From Octopus sinensis (taxonomy: Eukaryota), in the NCBI RefSeq assembly GCF_006345805.1, contig NC_042998.1:55056001-55120000 (forward strand): a stretch of DNA of 64,000 nucleotides. Reading direction: 5' to 3'. Each line of letters opens with the position of its first letter. The stretch's first letter is position 1. The notes beneath the pieces were generated by a model that was not told where the DNA came from, searched no databases, and was given only the letters and a program-made list of their open reading frames with translations. Shown one piece after another: positions 26,622 through 39,789 of this stretch. A program made the translations under genes and the position numbers.

Positions 26622-27237
26622 TTTTTTTATAACCCACAAGGGGGCTAAACATAGAGGGAACAAACAAGGACAGACAAACGGATTAAGTAGATTACATCGA
26701 CCCCACTGCGTAAAGGGTAAAGACCCCCTTCGGTCATGAATGACCATGGGATTGCACCTAGAAAGTTACCCTCCTAGACACAAGTCCGGGCAAGGTTGGT
26801 TACGGAAGACCAGCAGTCGCCCATGCATACCGGCCTCCCCTCTCCTCGCCACCAGTGTTAACCAAGGGAAAGGCAAGGGCCGATACAGCTTGACACCTGT
26901 GACGTCGCAACTCATTTCTACAGCTGAGTGAACTGGAGCAACGTGAAATAAAGTGCCTTGCTCAAGAACACAACACGCAGCCCGGTCCGGGATTCGGGCT
27001 CACAACCTCACGATCGTAAGCTCAACGCTCTAACCACTGAGCCATGCGCCTTCACATGGCTCAGTGAGCCACTGAGTCATGCGACCCCACTGCGTAACTA
27101 GTACTTAATTTATCGACCCCTAAAGGATGAAAGGCAAAGTCGACCTCGGTGGAATTTGAACTCAGAACGTAGCGATGGGCGAAATACCGCGAAGCACTTC
27201 GCCCGGCGTGCTAACGTCTCTACCAGCTCGCCGCCTT
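26622..27237 (-). mobile_element. SINE family B interrupted by a family C SINE (26714-27081) with 16-bp TSD
   Basis: CGACCCCACTGCGTAA at 26698-26713 and 27082-27097. Confidence 0.92.
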
Positions 27238-29019
27238 CTCCATCATTATCATTATCGTCACGGTCTGTTTGGTTTCCTAGCTGCATTTCTTCCGGATATT
27301 TGTGAATTCAAATCGATTTTGCCTTTCATCCTTTCGGTGTCGGTAAAATAAGTACCAGTCGAACACTGAGGCTGATGTGATTGACTATCACCTTCTTCCA
27401 AAATTTCAGGCCTGGTGCCATTCATAGAAAGTACTATTTGCATCGGCAAACAGTCAACTGAAGAAAGATATAAAAGTAGAGTTCGTTCGTGTGCCGTGAA
27501 GGAAAGAGAATTCTAACGTTTAAAGCAGGAGACAAGAACTGTCCTACAAGTTTACATCTCTCATCACCTCACGGTATACGAATTTTATTGTTCTCCATAG
27601 ACTTCCTAGTTGCTGATATATGTTGTTCTACAACATCCTCTTTTTATAGTTATTGCTTCATATATGTTTATCCTACATACAGTTTTCTCATAAAATCTTA
27701 GTTTTGTTCAAGGCGATAGTAGTGGTGGCGGCGAGCAGCGCTTTCTTACAAACAAAGCATGAAATAGCTTTGAAAGCTATTATTTGGTCGAGTAAGTAAG
27801 TGGGGGTTGGAATGCTGAGTAAAAGAAGAACTGAGACCCTTGTTCTGTTAGTAGTGTTAAGCTGTATTTATAAGCAGAAAGACAGTTAACTTGCAAACGT
27901 TCCACAGGTTTCATAATGAAATATAGTTCCCGACTGTAAATGACGTGTTTAGTACAGTGACTCGCGACTCGTGAAAGCGGGTGGCCTAATGGTTAAGATA
28001 TTAGAATCTCGATCGTTAAGTCTTGGGTTCAATTCTTTGACATAGCAGTACGTTGTTTCCCTGGGTAAGGTACTTTCTTTCACGTTCCCTGAATACATTC
28101 AGCTGGAAATTAGTACCAGCATCAAAAGACTAATTCTGTGACGGGTTGAGGCACAGTTTACGGAGTGGATAATCTTGGGCTCTCAGTTAAAAATGCCTTG
28201 AAAACTCAGATACACTGAAACCTGATGAACCTATGCATCTGAGGTAGTTTTATTTTATGCAGTTACTCCCAGAATGATGCGCTGCGTCGCACTCGAGTAC
28301 CGCAGTTTTAAAACTGTGAAAAATATAGACTGAATCTCCTGTTAACTATGCCTTATTGAATAAAGAAGAAATAGATAATTTTCTGGAGTTTAAGACGTTT
28401 ATATTTTTAAGTGCAGACATGGCTGTGCGGTCAAGAACCTCACATTGCAGTGGCGTAGTTTCGAATCTAGTCTCACGGTGCAGCACCTTGATCAAGTATC
28501 TTTGACTATAGCTCTGGAATGACTAATACTTGTGAATGAATTTGCTAGATGGAAAACTATGTGGAGGCCCATCATGTGTGTGTGTGTGTCTGTGTGTTTT
28601 TATGTTTCTCCCCCACCATCGTTTGACGCTTCCACCTAAATTAACGGTTTACAAGAGACCGGTAAAATAAATATCTGATTTAAAAATAAGCACAGGGTTT
28701 GATTTATTCTACTAGACCCTTCAAGACGGTACCATAACATGGCCACAGCCCAATGATTGAAATATGTAAAACATATAAGATAAGATAAAAGTGAAATCAA
28801 GCGATTAAATGTTTGTTGTATTTAGTCACCTCTATTTATGTTGTGAATTCAAATTCTGCTATGGATTGCTTTGCGTTTTATCTTCCTGGAGTCAGTAAAA
28901 TGTGTGCCACTCAAGGACTGGGATAAATTTAATCCATTGTTCCGCTCCTCCAAAATTCTATTACTTTTGTGTTGGTTTTGTCGAACGATGTGTTTGCTGA
29001 AACAATATTTTGTCTTTTG

Positions 29020-29272
29020 CGTGGCATAGTGGTTAGAGGGTGTCAGCATCATGATCGTAAGATTGTGGTTTCAATTCCTGGACCGGGTGACGCGTTGTGT
29101 TCTTGAGCAAAACACTTCATTTCACGTTGCACCAGTCCACTCAGCTGACAAAAATGAGTAACGCTGCGATGGACTGGCGTCCCGTCCAGCTGGGGAACAC
29201 ATACGCCATAGAAACCGGGAAATCGGGCCAATGAGCCTGGCTAGGCTTTAAAAAGGGCGCATTTATTATTTA
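29020..29272 (+). mobile_element. tRNA-derived SINE family D
   Basis: Head TGGCATAGTGGTTAG...GGTTTCAATTCC; GCGATGGACTGGCGTCCCGTCCAG (V-domain-like by recognition). Confidence 0.8.
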
Positions 29273-29296
29273 TTTATACTGAAAATTTATGAAAAT

Positions 29297-30222
29297 GCAA
29301 ATTAACTGCGGTATTCGTCCGGAGATAATATCTTCTATGGACGTGATGTGTTTAAAGATACAAACATAACAGTATTTGAAGAAACTTGTCTTGTTCTGGC
29401 GGTGAGAATACTAATGCGCATTTTTGCCTCGTTGCGCTTTATTAGTATCGTGGAATCACTGCCAACCGTATGCAAAGACAAAATTCAACTATATCAGCTA
29501 CTGATTTAGGAAAGCGGCGAGCTGGCAGAAACGTTAGCACGTCGGGCGAAATGCGTAGCCGTATTTCGTCTGCCGCTACGTTCTGAGTTCAAATTCTGCC
29601 GAGGTCGACTTTGCCTTTCATCCTTTCGGGGTCGATTAAATAAGTACCAGTTACGCACTGGGGTCGATATAATCGACTTAATCCGTTTGTCTGTCCTTGT
29701 TTGTCCCCTCTGTGTTTAGCCCCTTGTGGGTAGTAAAGAAATAGATATAGGAAAGCAATGATTGAAAATTCAGTGGTTTTGCGATTGGACGCCCGGCAGA
29801 ACGAAAGTTTGGTATATGTAATAGAAGCAGTATTAGATTTAAATAGCTATCGCAAAAAAGCAAATTATCTACCGTACTCGTTCGGAGATGATATCTTTTA
29901 TGGACGTACTGTGTGTAAAAATAAAAGCATATCAGTATCAGAAGAAAGTTGTCAAGTAGTGGTTGTGAGAATGCTAGATGCACATTTCTGCCTCGTTGTG
30001 CTATGTCAGTTGCATGTAATCACTGTCAACCGCATGCAAAGATAATATCTTACTTTGGCTATTGATATAGGAAAGCAGTGATTGGAAAATCATTGGTGTT
30101 GTGATTAGATGCGCAGCTGATTGAAAATCTGTTTTATGTGATAGAAGCAGTATTGAATTAAAATAGATATCGCGAAAAAAGCAAATTACCTGTGGTAGTC
30201 GTCCGAGGATAATATCTCTTTT
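29297..30222. repeat. Degenerate tandem repeat, unit about 321 bp, just over two copies, with a family B SINE inserted in unit 1
   Basis: GCAAATTA anchors at 29297, 29860, 30181; SINE 29515-29743 flanked by GATTTAGGAAAG / GATATAGGAAAG. Confidence 0.85.
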
Positions 30223-30299
30223 TAAACGTAGCACTTCTATAAAAGAAAGCAGGGTTGAAGAAGATACAAAAGCAAATCTTAAACCCTAATTAATTTTGC

Positions 30300-30720
30300 T
30301 AAAGAGGTTGCTGCACGAAGAAGATTACATCAATACAATAGATCAGTTAATGGGAGAGCATGAAAATTAAAACTTTTCTCCCTGAAGCGAAAATTATATA
30401 CAGTAATATATATAGATCCTGCAAAGATTTGCTTCAAAGATTACTTATCCTCAAACAGAGCGCCACTGCATGGTTCCAAAGGTTCCATGTTAGCCATCCA
30501 GATTTAAAACCGTATACTGCAATCGTTGAGAGTTCATAAACCCAAACTTCGAAAAGCGTATTGCAAAACTTAAAAAACCTAAATGGTGAACATGAAGATA
30601 TTTTCAAAAAGCAACTGGACATTCTGCTGATTAGAATTCCAGATGAGGCTTCTTTGGCGCAAGAAATACAAGTGAGAGTAGCAACTTGGACCTTTTTTTC
30701 ATTCACCAGGTGCCAACAAA
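30300..30720 (+). mobile_element. CR1/L2-type LINE, degenerate RT C-terminus
   Basis: KITSIQ..WER..KLKLFSL, HCMVPKVP..SRFKTVYCN, KNLNGEHEDIFKKQLDILLIRIPDE; many stops and frameshifts. Confidence 0.65.
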
Positions 30721-30879
30721 AGAAGTGGGATAAATGATAGTATAGCGGTGCCCAGTGCGGACACAGCTTACGAGCTGAAATTAGTGAAAAAAAAGATGAA
30801 AAGATAAAAAAGTTATATGTAATGGATAAATATGTATGTATATATAAAATATATAATATAGGTAATGAATATTTATTTA

Positions 30880-31263
30880 TCTCTCTCTATATAAACGGCA
30901 GTTTGTCTGTGTGTGTTTCTGTGTGTCTGTTAGGTTGTACCCTCACCCTGACCACGGCTTTCAACCGATTCTGATGAAACATGATACACACATAGCCCAA
31001 TGTCATAATTCAAAACTAACGCAGCGAAAATTTTGAAAAGTTCCCCCAGTTCTGAAAAAAATCGATAAATTCGACATGGGGTCGAGAATCAGAAACACAA
31101 ACCACAGACTGTCTAGGGGACGCAACTCGACCTTTTAACTCTCAAAAGAAAATTTACCATCATTTTTTTTCCATTTTTTTGCTAATTTTTGGCTATAACT
31201 CTCTAAAAATGCTTTATAGTTATTTCCCTTACAAACCCGAGCAACGCCGGGTGATACTGCTAG
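30880..31263 (+). mobile_element. Non-autonomous Helitron, complete (384 bp)
   Basis: A|TCTCTCTCTATATAAA 5' end; hairpin CCCGAGCAACGCCGGG at 31236-31251; CTAG|T 3' end. Confidence 0.85.
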
Positions 31264-31544
31264 TATAACATATTCTTTAATTCTTTTACTTGTTTCAGTC
31301 AATTGACTGTGGAAATAATTGACTCCTGGACTTATTCTTTGTAAGCCTGGTGCTTATCCTATCGGTCTCTTTTGCCGAGCCGCTATGTCACGGAGACTGG
31401 TGATTATATTGAATAAATTTACTCCTTAGTATTTCAAGATACTTTTATGTAATTTTGGTAAATATATCTGTTAAAATGAGATGTTAGTGCTTTCATTTTA
31501 GCGCGTAATTTAGACGACAGTTTATTCACCGCACCCTGTGTGTG

Positions 31545-31580
<36 letters not shown>

Positions 31581-32489
31581 CACATACATATGCATGTGTG
31601 CACACACACACACACAAACATATTTCTCATCCACTTTCAATACTCCACAACGTCCCACACTAACCTCACCCGCTCTCCAGCATTCCTATCTTCCGAGAAG
31701 CTTAACTCCTTCAACCTATTGTTTATTTCAAAATACAATAACAACTTTCTGTCTGAGAAAGCGGAAAAGAGAGGTAAAGATTGTCTGCCAATGTAAAGGT
31801 GTGTGTGCATGTGTGTGTGTGTGTGCATGTGCGTGTGTGTGTGTGCACGAGTATGTGAGTGTTTGTCATTCTGAGTTTTACAAAACTATATTGATTTATA
31901 TTGCTGTTTACTTCACTCCTTGCAAGGCTATTGTTTTTGATTCTGTTTTTGTAGTCATCGTTATGTTGTTATTGTATTAATTGTTTTTCTCTGTTCCGTA
32001 TTCGTTTCTATTTCAAAGTGTGAGAAATATATACATACATGCAAACATCCCTATATGCATACATACATGCATAAATACAGCCAGACACTACGTGCGCGCG
32101 AGTAAATATATATATATAGCAATAAGACAATGGAGGAGATTGATAAGTGGTTCATCAACTTTTAGACATTATATTATGTTAATTAATTTATTTATTTACT
32201 AAACTGATAATTACGATAACATACATACATATAACATATTATTCTTTAGATATAAGATATAAAGAATAAACCGGTATCTCTTAGATACCCTTAATTATAA
32301 TTATAATTATATATATATAGAGAGAGAGACAAAAAGGAGAAATTATTTTCAGTTCCACATTACTCCTCCTTCCCCCCCACCCAAACACACCTACAGTGTC
32401 CCGTGAAATAGATAATATTCTTTTAGGTTAACATGGTGGACAGGTCAGTTTTAGCTTCCCTACTATTATAATGTAAACCTTTTTGAACT

Positions 32490-32900
32490 CATAATATTCT
32501 TTGCGTGTATACCAATATTCCACAGAACTTTTTAATAATTCCTTCTGGAAATTATCTTGAGAATGTATAATATATTTGTTGTAATCTTTTGTGCCCAATA
32601 TTTCAATAAACTTGTTAAACTTTTTTATGTTCTTAACATGCTCTTGTCACCAAAGAATGTATATATATGTATTGTAGTACTCTGTGTCAACCAATATTCT
32701 GTGCGTGTTTGAATATACAGATACAATACCTATATCCCACTGAACTTTTTAACAATTCCTTTTGGAAACTATCGTTAGCATATTCTTGAGAATGATTATT
32801 TATGTTGTAATCTTTTGTGCCCAATATTTTAAGGAACTTGTTAAACTTTTTTATGTCCTTAACATGTCCTTGTTACCAAAGACTGTATATATGTAACGTA
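32490..32900. repeat. Diverged direct tandem duplication, period about 217 bp
   Basis: GAACTTTTTAA..ATTCC and GTTGTAATCTTTTGTGCCCAATATTT..CTTGTTAAACTTTTTTATGT occur twice (anchors 32517, 32734). Confidence 0.85.
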
Positions 32901-33269
32901 ACATTTTGTAACAACCAATAATTAACGCAACCAAACTTCTACATGTTACTTTTCACAATCTTTTTCCAAAGAGTGAAAGCGGTAAAGTAAATAAACATCT
33001 TTTAAAATTGCATTTTCAAACCTTCTTTCGTATATAATTCCACTCGTGCGGTACCCTACAACTCCACTTTGTTATATATATATATTGAGAAAAGGTAGTT
33101 TCGGTGAAGCATTGTGAGGTTTAACTTCATAGAAAGTTGTTGTGTAAGGCTGGAGCCATGCGAAAAAGTAGTCCTTTTGTAGTATACTTTTTACCTTCTT
33201 GCAACAACTTTCTATAAAATATATATGTGTGTGTGTGTGTGTGTGTATTTACCTATCTATCTATTCCCA

Positions 33270-33309
<40 letters not shown>

Positions 33310-33463
33310 CATACTCTCACACACACATATATATATATACATATATATACACATATATTTATGTGTATATTATATATATATGTATATATATATATATATT
33401 ATATATATATATATATATACATGTATATACATATATATAGACAACAGTTTATTCACCGCACCC

Positions 33464-33503
<40 letters not shown>

Positions 33504-33522
33504 CACATACATATGCATGTGT

Positions 33523-33580
<58 letters not shown>

Positions 33581-33854
33581 ACACACACACACATATATAT
33601 ATATGCAATGTTCCAAAAATTGAAAAGAAACTCAACAAACGGAAAATCCACATATAAGACGTAGCTAATTCTACATCAGTCAATTTCTTTATTAAGCATG
33701 AGGTTGAGAAAAAGAGGGGACGATACGAGGACAGACAAAACAAACATTGGGGTCAGGGTATATCGTCCAAAAGATCATTAACAACAATTTCTGGTGGCGC
33801 CAGTGGCGACAAGCCACAGGAAATAGCTAACGAAATCTACAAGACAATGATGCG

Positions 33855-34193
33855 CCGTAAGAAGTTTGCTTCCCAACCACACGGTTCAGAATTCAGTCCC
33901 ACTGCGTGACACCTTAGGCTGATCAATGCCTTGTGAGTGGATTTGGTAGATGGAAACTGAAAGAAGCCCATCGTGTGTGCGTGTGTGTGTGTGTGTGCGT
34001 GCGCGTGTGTGTCTGGTTTTATCCTGCAGCACTGATTGACAACCGGTGCTGGTGTGTTTACGTTATCGTAACTTAGCGGGTCAGCAAAACAGAAGGGTAG
34101 TACCATGCTTTAAAGTACAGGACTTTGGAAAAATAAGTACTGGCCGCAGTATAATTACTGAAACAAACAAAAGATGAAATATATTGATACACA

Positions 34194-34244
<51 letters not shown>

Positions 34245-34775
34245 CTTTACAGACGTAAATTCGTGTGTATTTATATATTTATAAATGTGTATGTATGTGT
34301 GTATGTGTATGATTGTGTGTGTGTGTGTTGTGAATGTATGTATATGTTTGCTTAGTTACATAAGCATAGGAGTGGCTGTGTGGTGAGTAGCTTGCTTCCG
34401 AACCACATGGTTCCGGGTTCAGTCCCACTGCGTTGCACCTTGGGCAAATGTCTTCTACTATAGCCTCGGGCCGACCAAAGCCTTGTGAGTGGATTTGGTA
34501 GACGGAAACTGAAAGAAGCCCTTCGTATATATGTACATATGTGTGTATTTGTTTGAGTGTCTGTGTTTGTCTCACCCCACAACATCGCTTGACAACCGAT
34601 GCTGGTGTGTTTACGTCCCCGTAACTTAGCGGTTCTGCAAAAGAGACCAATAGAATAAGTACTAGGCTTACAAAGAATAAATCCTGGGATCGATTTGCTC
34701 GACTAAAGGCGGTGCTCCAGCATGGCCACAATCAAATGACTGAAACAAGTAAAAGAGTAAAAGAATAAAAGAGTA
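33855..34775 (+). mobile_element. Two SINE family A copies (33855-34175 deleted/diverged; 34368-34775 near full length)
   Basis: Similarity to 793-1197. Confidence 0.85.
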
Positions 34776-35139
34776 ATATATATATATATATATATGCACG
34801 CATGCAAACAAAGATTTTCAAGAAATCCTGCCTTTGCTGGTCCATTTTTCAGTTAGTCTTCATCTGTCATGAAATTTTGTTTAACCTCTTGTAACTTTAA
34901 TGGTGTTTGTGTCATATATATGATTTCAGGGTCTTAAAGAGGTTGCTGGTATATCTTGAGTTTTGGTTAAATTGACAGACAGAACTGGTAAAACGGAAGG
35001 AAGGTGAATGAGTTACAGATAGTTTATATACTGCAAGATATAAAAGAAAGTTAAGTCAGTTTGAGACATATGGGAAAATGTGATTCTATATAAAGATAAT
35101 TGTATTTTCATGTGAATGGGAGGAGTGTACATATGTATA

Positions 35140-35191
35140 TGTGTGCGTGTATGTGTGCGTATGTATATATACATATGAATGAATAAGTATA

Positions 35192-35256
<65 letters not shown>

Positions 35257-35472
35257 ATATACAGAGAGAGAGAGAGAGAGAGAGAGATTCATTCATATAC
35301 ATGTATATATATATATATATATAATTCACATACAGGTATATATATATTCATGTATATGTATATATAATATATATTCGTATATACATATACATACATATAT
35401 ATGTATATACATATATACATATATATGCATATACATATATATATATACATATATGTATGCATATATGTATAC

Positions 35473-35503
<31 letters not shown>

Positions 35504-35688
35504 TATATATACATATATATATATATGCATATATATATACATATATATACATATATATATATATACATATATACATACATACAGATATAAATATATACAT
35601 ATATATATACACATGTATACATATTCACGAATATGAATATAGATATATATGCACACACGTGTGTGTGTGTGTGTGAGTGTAGTGTGTG

Positions 35689-35770
<82 letters not shown>
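35140..35770. repeat. Large compound (AT)n/(ATAC)n/(TG)n microsatellite field
   Basis: Direct reading. Confidence 0.95.
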
Positions 35771-35771
<1 letters not shown>

Positions 35772-36289
35772 TGTTTGTTAGGAGTCATAAGTGACAGACA
35801 GAAATATCACTCAGGAAAGAAATTTCTAAATGTTAAGCAAATCGATTTCCTGAAAGAATTCAAAAGCTGTACAATATGCAAACGACTTAGCGAAAACTTT
35901 GTGTTGCATTGTTTGACATGAATTCTTCTATACTGCCCAATTAATCATTAAGTTATGGCAGCAGACAACGCCAAATGAAAGAATTTCTTGACAATAAGCT
36001 ATACATTTTTTACTTAAATTACTGGAATATTACAGAAGTTGAAGAAATAGATGAAGAATTTGCTGACCATATTGCTAGTGTCAGATATCATAAGCGAAGA
36101 TTTAGACTTGTTGACACACACCAAATATTTATGAACAGTTTGGATTTTCAAATTTTGGCATGTAGCTGTGAGATTTACGTTAGTGGAGAGTGTATATGTA
36201 AAGATAGATTTTAAGGCAGTGGAGTAATGTGGAAGAATAACACAAATTAATTTCTGATAAAATTGTAGTCACAATTTTAGCAATTCTTA

Positions 36290-36520
36290 TTTCATTTTTG
36301 CCCACAAGGGGCTAAACATAGAGGGGACAAACAAGGTCAGACAAACGGATTAAGTCGATTACATCGACCCCAGTGCGTAACTAGTACTTAATTTATCGAC
36401 CCCGAAGGGATGAAAGGTAAAGTCGACCTCGGCGGAATTTGAACTCAGAACGTAACAGCAGACGAAATACTGCTAAGCATTTCGCCCGGCGTGCTAACGT
36501 TTCTGCCAGCTCGCCGCCTT
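36290..36520 (-). mobile_element. SINE family B, full length, low divergence
   Basis: Complete head-to-tail match to other copies with CpGs retained. Confidence 0.9.
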
Positions 36521-37589
36521 GGTCAGCTTTATTGGTTTCTGTAGCAATTCTACTACCAATACTAGACGCTTTTCGTCAGTAGTTGATACATTTCAGTGTT
36601 TTTTAGCACTAACCTTCTAAATGAGAAGCTTTCGCAAGACAAATACTGCAGTTTTGTGACCTTCGATAATATCCATCCACCTTATGTAAGATATATAGAA
36701 TGCTGCTCTGAACCGATACTGCTTCCGTCGCTAATAACGAATTGAGGAAATTGTATTTTAGTACCGTTTTGACCAAGTTAAGACTATATTTATATAAGCT
36801 CATTTAGACATCCGTAAAGAAAATACACTGTTCTGTGAATTTGAAGCTAGAACCTTAATATGTCAATAGACTTATAATTTGAACCTCATTAATTCAGCTT
36901 GATGGAACCAGATACGTAATGAAGTTTCTGAACTAGAGAAGTTAGAGTAACAAATAGCAAAATAATGCTTATACTGTGTTGTACTGTTAGTATTGAAACA
37001 CCTTACATAAATATTGTTAATTCTCATTTGACTTCTTTATTATAATGGGCAAGTCTTGCAACACAAGACTGTTAAACCATTAGAAAAATGAAAATAGGCA
37101 TACTGATACATATAAAACATTACGTAAAAATTATGAGCAAAAAGCAATTAATTTACCTTAGCTTTGAAAAAAAAATTTTGTAAATCCATTTACAAATTAC
37201 TATAATGGTTTTATATACAATTTAAATTAAATTTCAGTATTATCTTATAATGGTTTGTTTTTCCTTCTGTTTTTGATAACTTCCGTAGCTTCAGAGTAAA
37301 CTAAATATTCTGTATTATCAGTCGTTTAACTTATACCATATTCTACACATGCTTTGCTACATTACCGCCACTCGTACTAATATTTGTATCTGTATGTTTG
37401 TACCTGTGTCAAACACTGTATATAAAGTTTGTCAGACATAACCAGTACAGAGTACTGGTGGTTCACAGCTAGTCAAACTACGGTCACGCAAATTTATGAC
37501 TGCCGAAGTTAAATAGTCGCCTCGAACCATCGAAGCTGCTGGACTAGCAAATCGAGTTTATTGAGATTCAGCCGGTATGTTCAATTTCA

Positions 37590-37815
37590 CTTATTTCTTT
37601 ATTGCCCACAAGGGGCTAAACATAGAGAGGACAAACAAGGACAGACAAACGAATTAAGTCGATTATATCGACCCCAGTGCGTAACTGGTACATATTTAAT
37701 CGACCCCGAAAGGATGAAAGGCAAAGTCGACCTCGGCGGAATTTGAACTCAGAACGTAGCGGCGGACGAAATACTGCAAAGCATTTCGTCCGGCGTGCTA
37801 ACGGTTCTGCCAACT
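37590..37815 (-). mobile_element. SINE family B
   Basis: Same core and tail. Confidence 0.9.
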
Positions 37816-38885
37816 CAATTTCATTTACTAAACAGAACCGATGATATAGCTACGGCAAGCTAAGATATAAGACAGATCATTCCTCAATACAACCTAAACC
37901 ACTGCAGTTGTAGCATCAAATCTCTACAAGCGAACAGGGGTTCTTGGCTGAAAGGTTTTTCGACGTTTAGTAGTAAATTTTGATAATTGTTTAATTCTAC
38001 GTGCTTTAGATCATTTAGCTGTCGGAAATAAGGTCCAGATTTTCGAAGAAAAGTTACTTGGCAATTCATACAACGAAATTATCGCGCCAAGAGAAATGCT
38101 ACGACACTTGCTATGTTTGATATAAAGTGGATAACAGTCTGAGAGGTCTTATCCCTCCCTACCTCGTGTTAGCCTAAGAATGCACAGATGAGGAACGAAT
38201 GTAAAATTATTCAAGAGCTTTCACATGTCGACAATACAGAGTTCGGGTCTCACAGCCATACAAAAGGGGCTGATTCGCAGACAGCTCTGTATGTCTTCGG
38301 CTATGTATGAAGCTGAATGCCCTGATTATAAAACATTATTATTTTATCCATTCAAATACAGAAGGAAGCGGTTTTAAATTTTTCGCCCAAATGCTCTGAA
38401 TCGAAGAAGTTGTCGCTAAGATACGGGAAGTTGATCATTATCGATGGGGAACTACGCTAGAACGTTGTTTTCCTCATGCCTGCAAGACATCAAATTTCTA
38501 GTGGTTTCTCAACCTGTTAAAAAATTTTGAGGAAATAGGAAATTTCCTTAAATTACATCCCACTGTCTTTAAAAAAGGAAGCATATATATTTCGCTACTC
38601 GAGGTAAAATGATTAGATAGTCACTCCTTTGATCTAAGGTCTGCTCGATCACGGTGTTTGTGACCAAACAACAACGAAATGAATATCGAGGAGAGAATTT
38701 TCAAACGGTTGCATTTCTGGGGAAGAAGGAATACATGAAAAATGTTTGGCGCGGTGTCTTGAGAGTAAAAGACATTAAGAAAGGCGAGAAGAGGGAAAAC
38801 GTGTGATTTCAAGTAGGAGTGGGTGAAGAGAGTTTGGATTTTTCTAATTCAAGAGAGTAATGTAGCGGTAGTAGATGATATAAAG

Positions 38886-39035
38886 CAGGGATTCTCAACC
38901 GGGGTCCATATAAGATTTTGTTGTTAAAATTTATAAGCAATAAAATAGTTCACAATTGGAAGACTGTGGGAGCCCAGTAGAGTAAAATAAGAATCAAAGG
39001 GATCCATCCATAGGCAAAAAAAGTGTAGGAACAGT
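38886..39035. mobile_element. Possible hAT/Charlie-type MITE remnant
   Basis: Left end CAGGGATTCTCAACC typical of hAT MITE termini; right end degenerate. Confidence 0.35.
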
Positions 39036-39789
39036 TCATCTATGACAGAGTTTTTGCTAATCAACCAAAGATTTCTATTAATGCCACGTGACCACAAAAA
39101 GAGAGTATATCAGACTGAATCCTCACCGGCAAATTAATTAAACTTACCTTATCAACTAATGGGAGGATGTGAAATCAAAGTAGTTCTTCATTATATTTCA
39201 AGTGAAGTAACTTATCAAGAGATATCTCCAGACCATCATGCTGGTGCTATAATAGGAACTAATTAGGTAAAATTGGGTGTAAAGATGTTATTTACTATCA
39301 ACAGCTGGCTCAAAAAATTCTACAGAATAATTACTTTTATATAAATATGACATCTTTGCAAATTTTATTCAGAACACTCGTCGTAACTGGCAACAATTAT
39401 GTTTTTAAATAAGAATCTGAATGCTTCTCTGATTTAATACGTAAGGAATATGGAAAGAGAAAAACACTCCAGATGTTGCTCTCCGAGACAGTTAAAAACA
39501 CAAAAATATAAATAAAAATAAATACTCAAAACAAGATCAGTTGCCCAGAATGTACAAATTCTACTTCGGTTATATAGCAATTTGATAAATTTTATAGATA
39601 TATACCGAGTTACCTCGAGACACTATGGTCACACATAATAACATATATTTTGCCGAACTGCTAAGATACGGGGACATGAACATACCAACACGCACGCGCG
39701 TACACACGTACACACACACACACACACATATATATATATGAAATACATCGTTTATATATATATGTACATATGATGGGCTTCTTTCAGTT

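Noticed and set aside
27701-27791. Plus-strand open segment ending at a GTAAGT donor (LFKAIVVVAASSAFLQ...)
   Set aside because: Weak acceptor, no partner exon, protein not recognised
29297-30222. Cadherin-like resemblance (107-aa unit, TISATDLG, VLDLN), tempting given octopus protocadherin expansion
   Set aside because: Motif spacing is incompatible with a cadherin domain; no LDRE or DxNDN
35975-36214. 79-aa ORF in non-repetitive sequence (EVEEIDEEFADHIASVRYHKRRF)
   Set aside because: No recognisable domain and no convincing donor site; length is within chance expectation
39148-39246. Minus-strand segment with good acceptor and donor
   Set aside because: Stops in all three frames; could only be non-coding and has no other support
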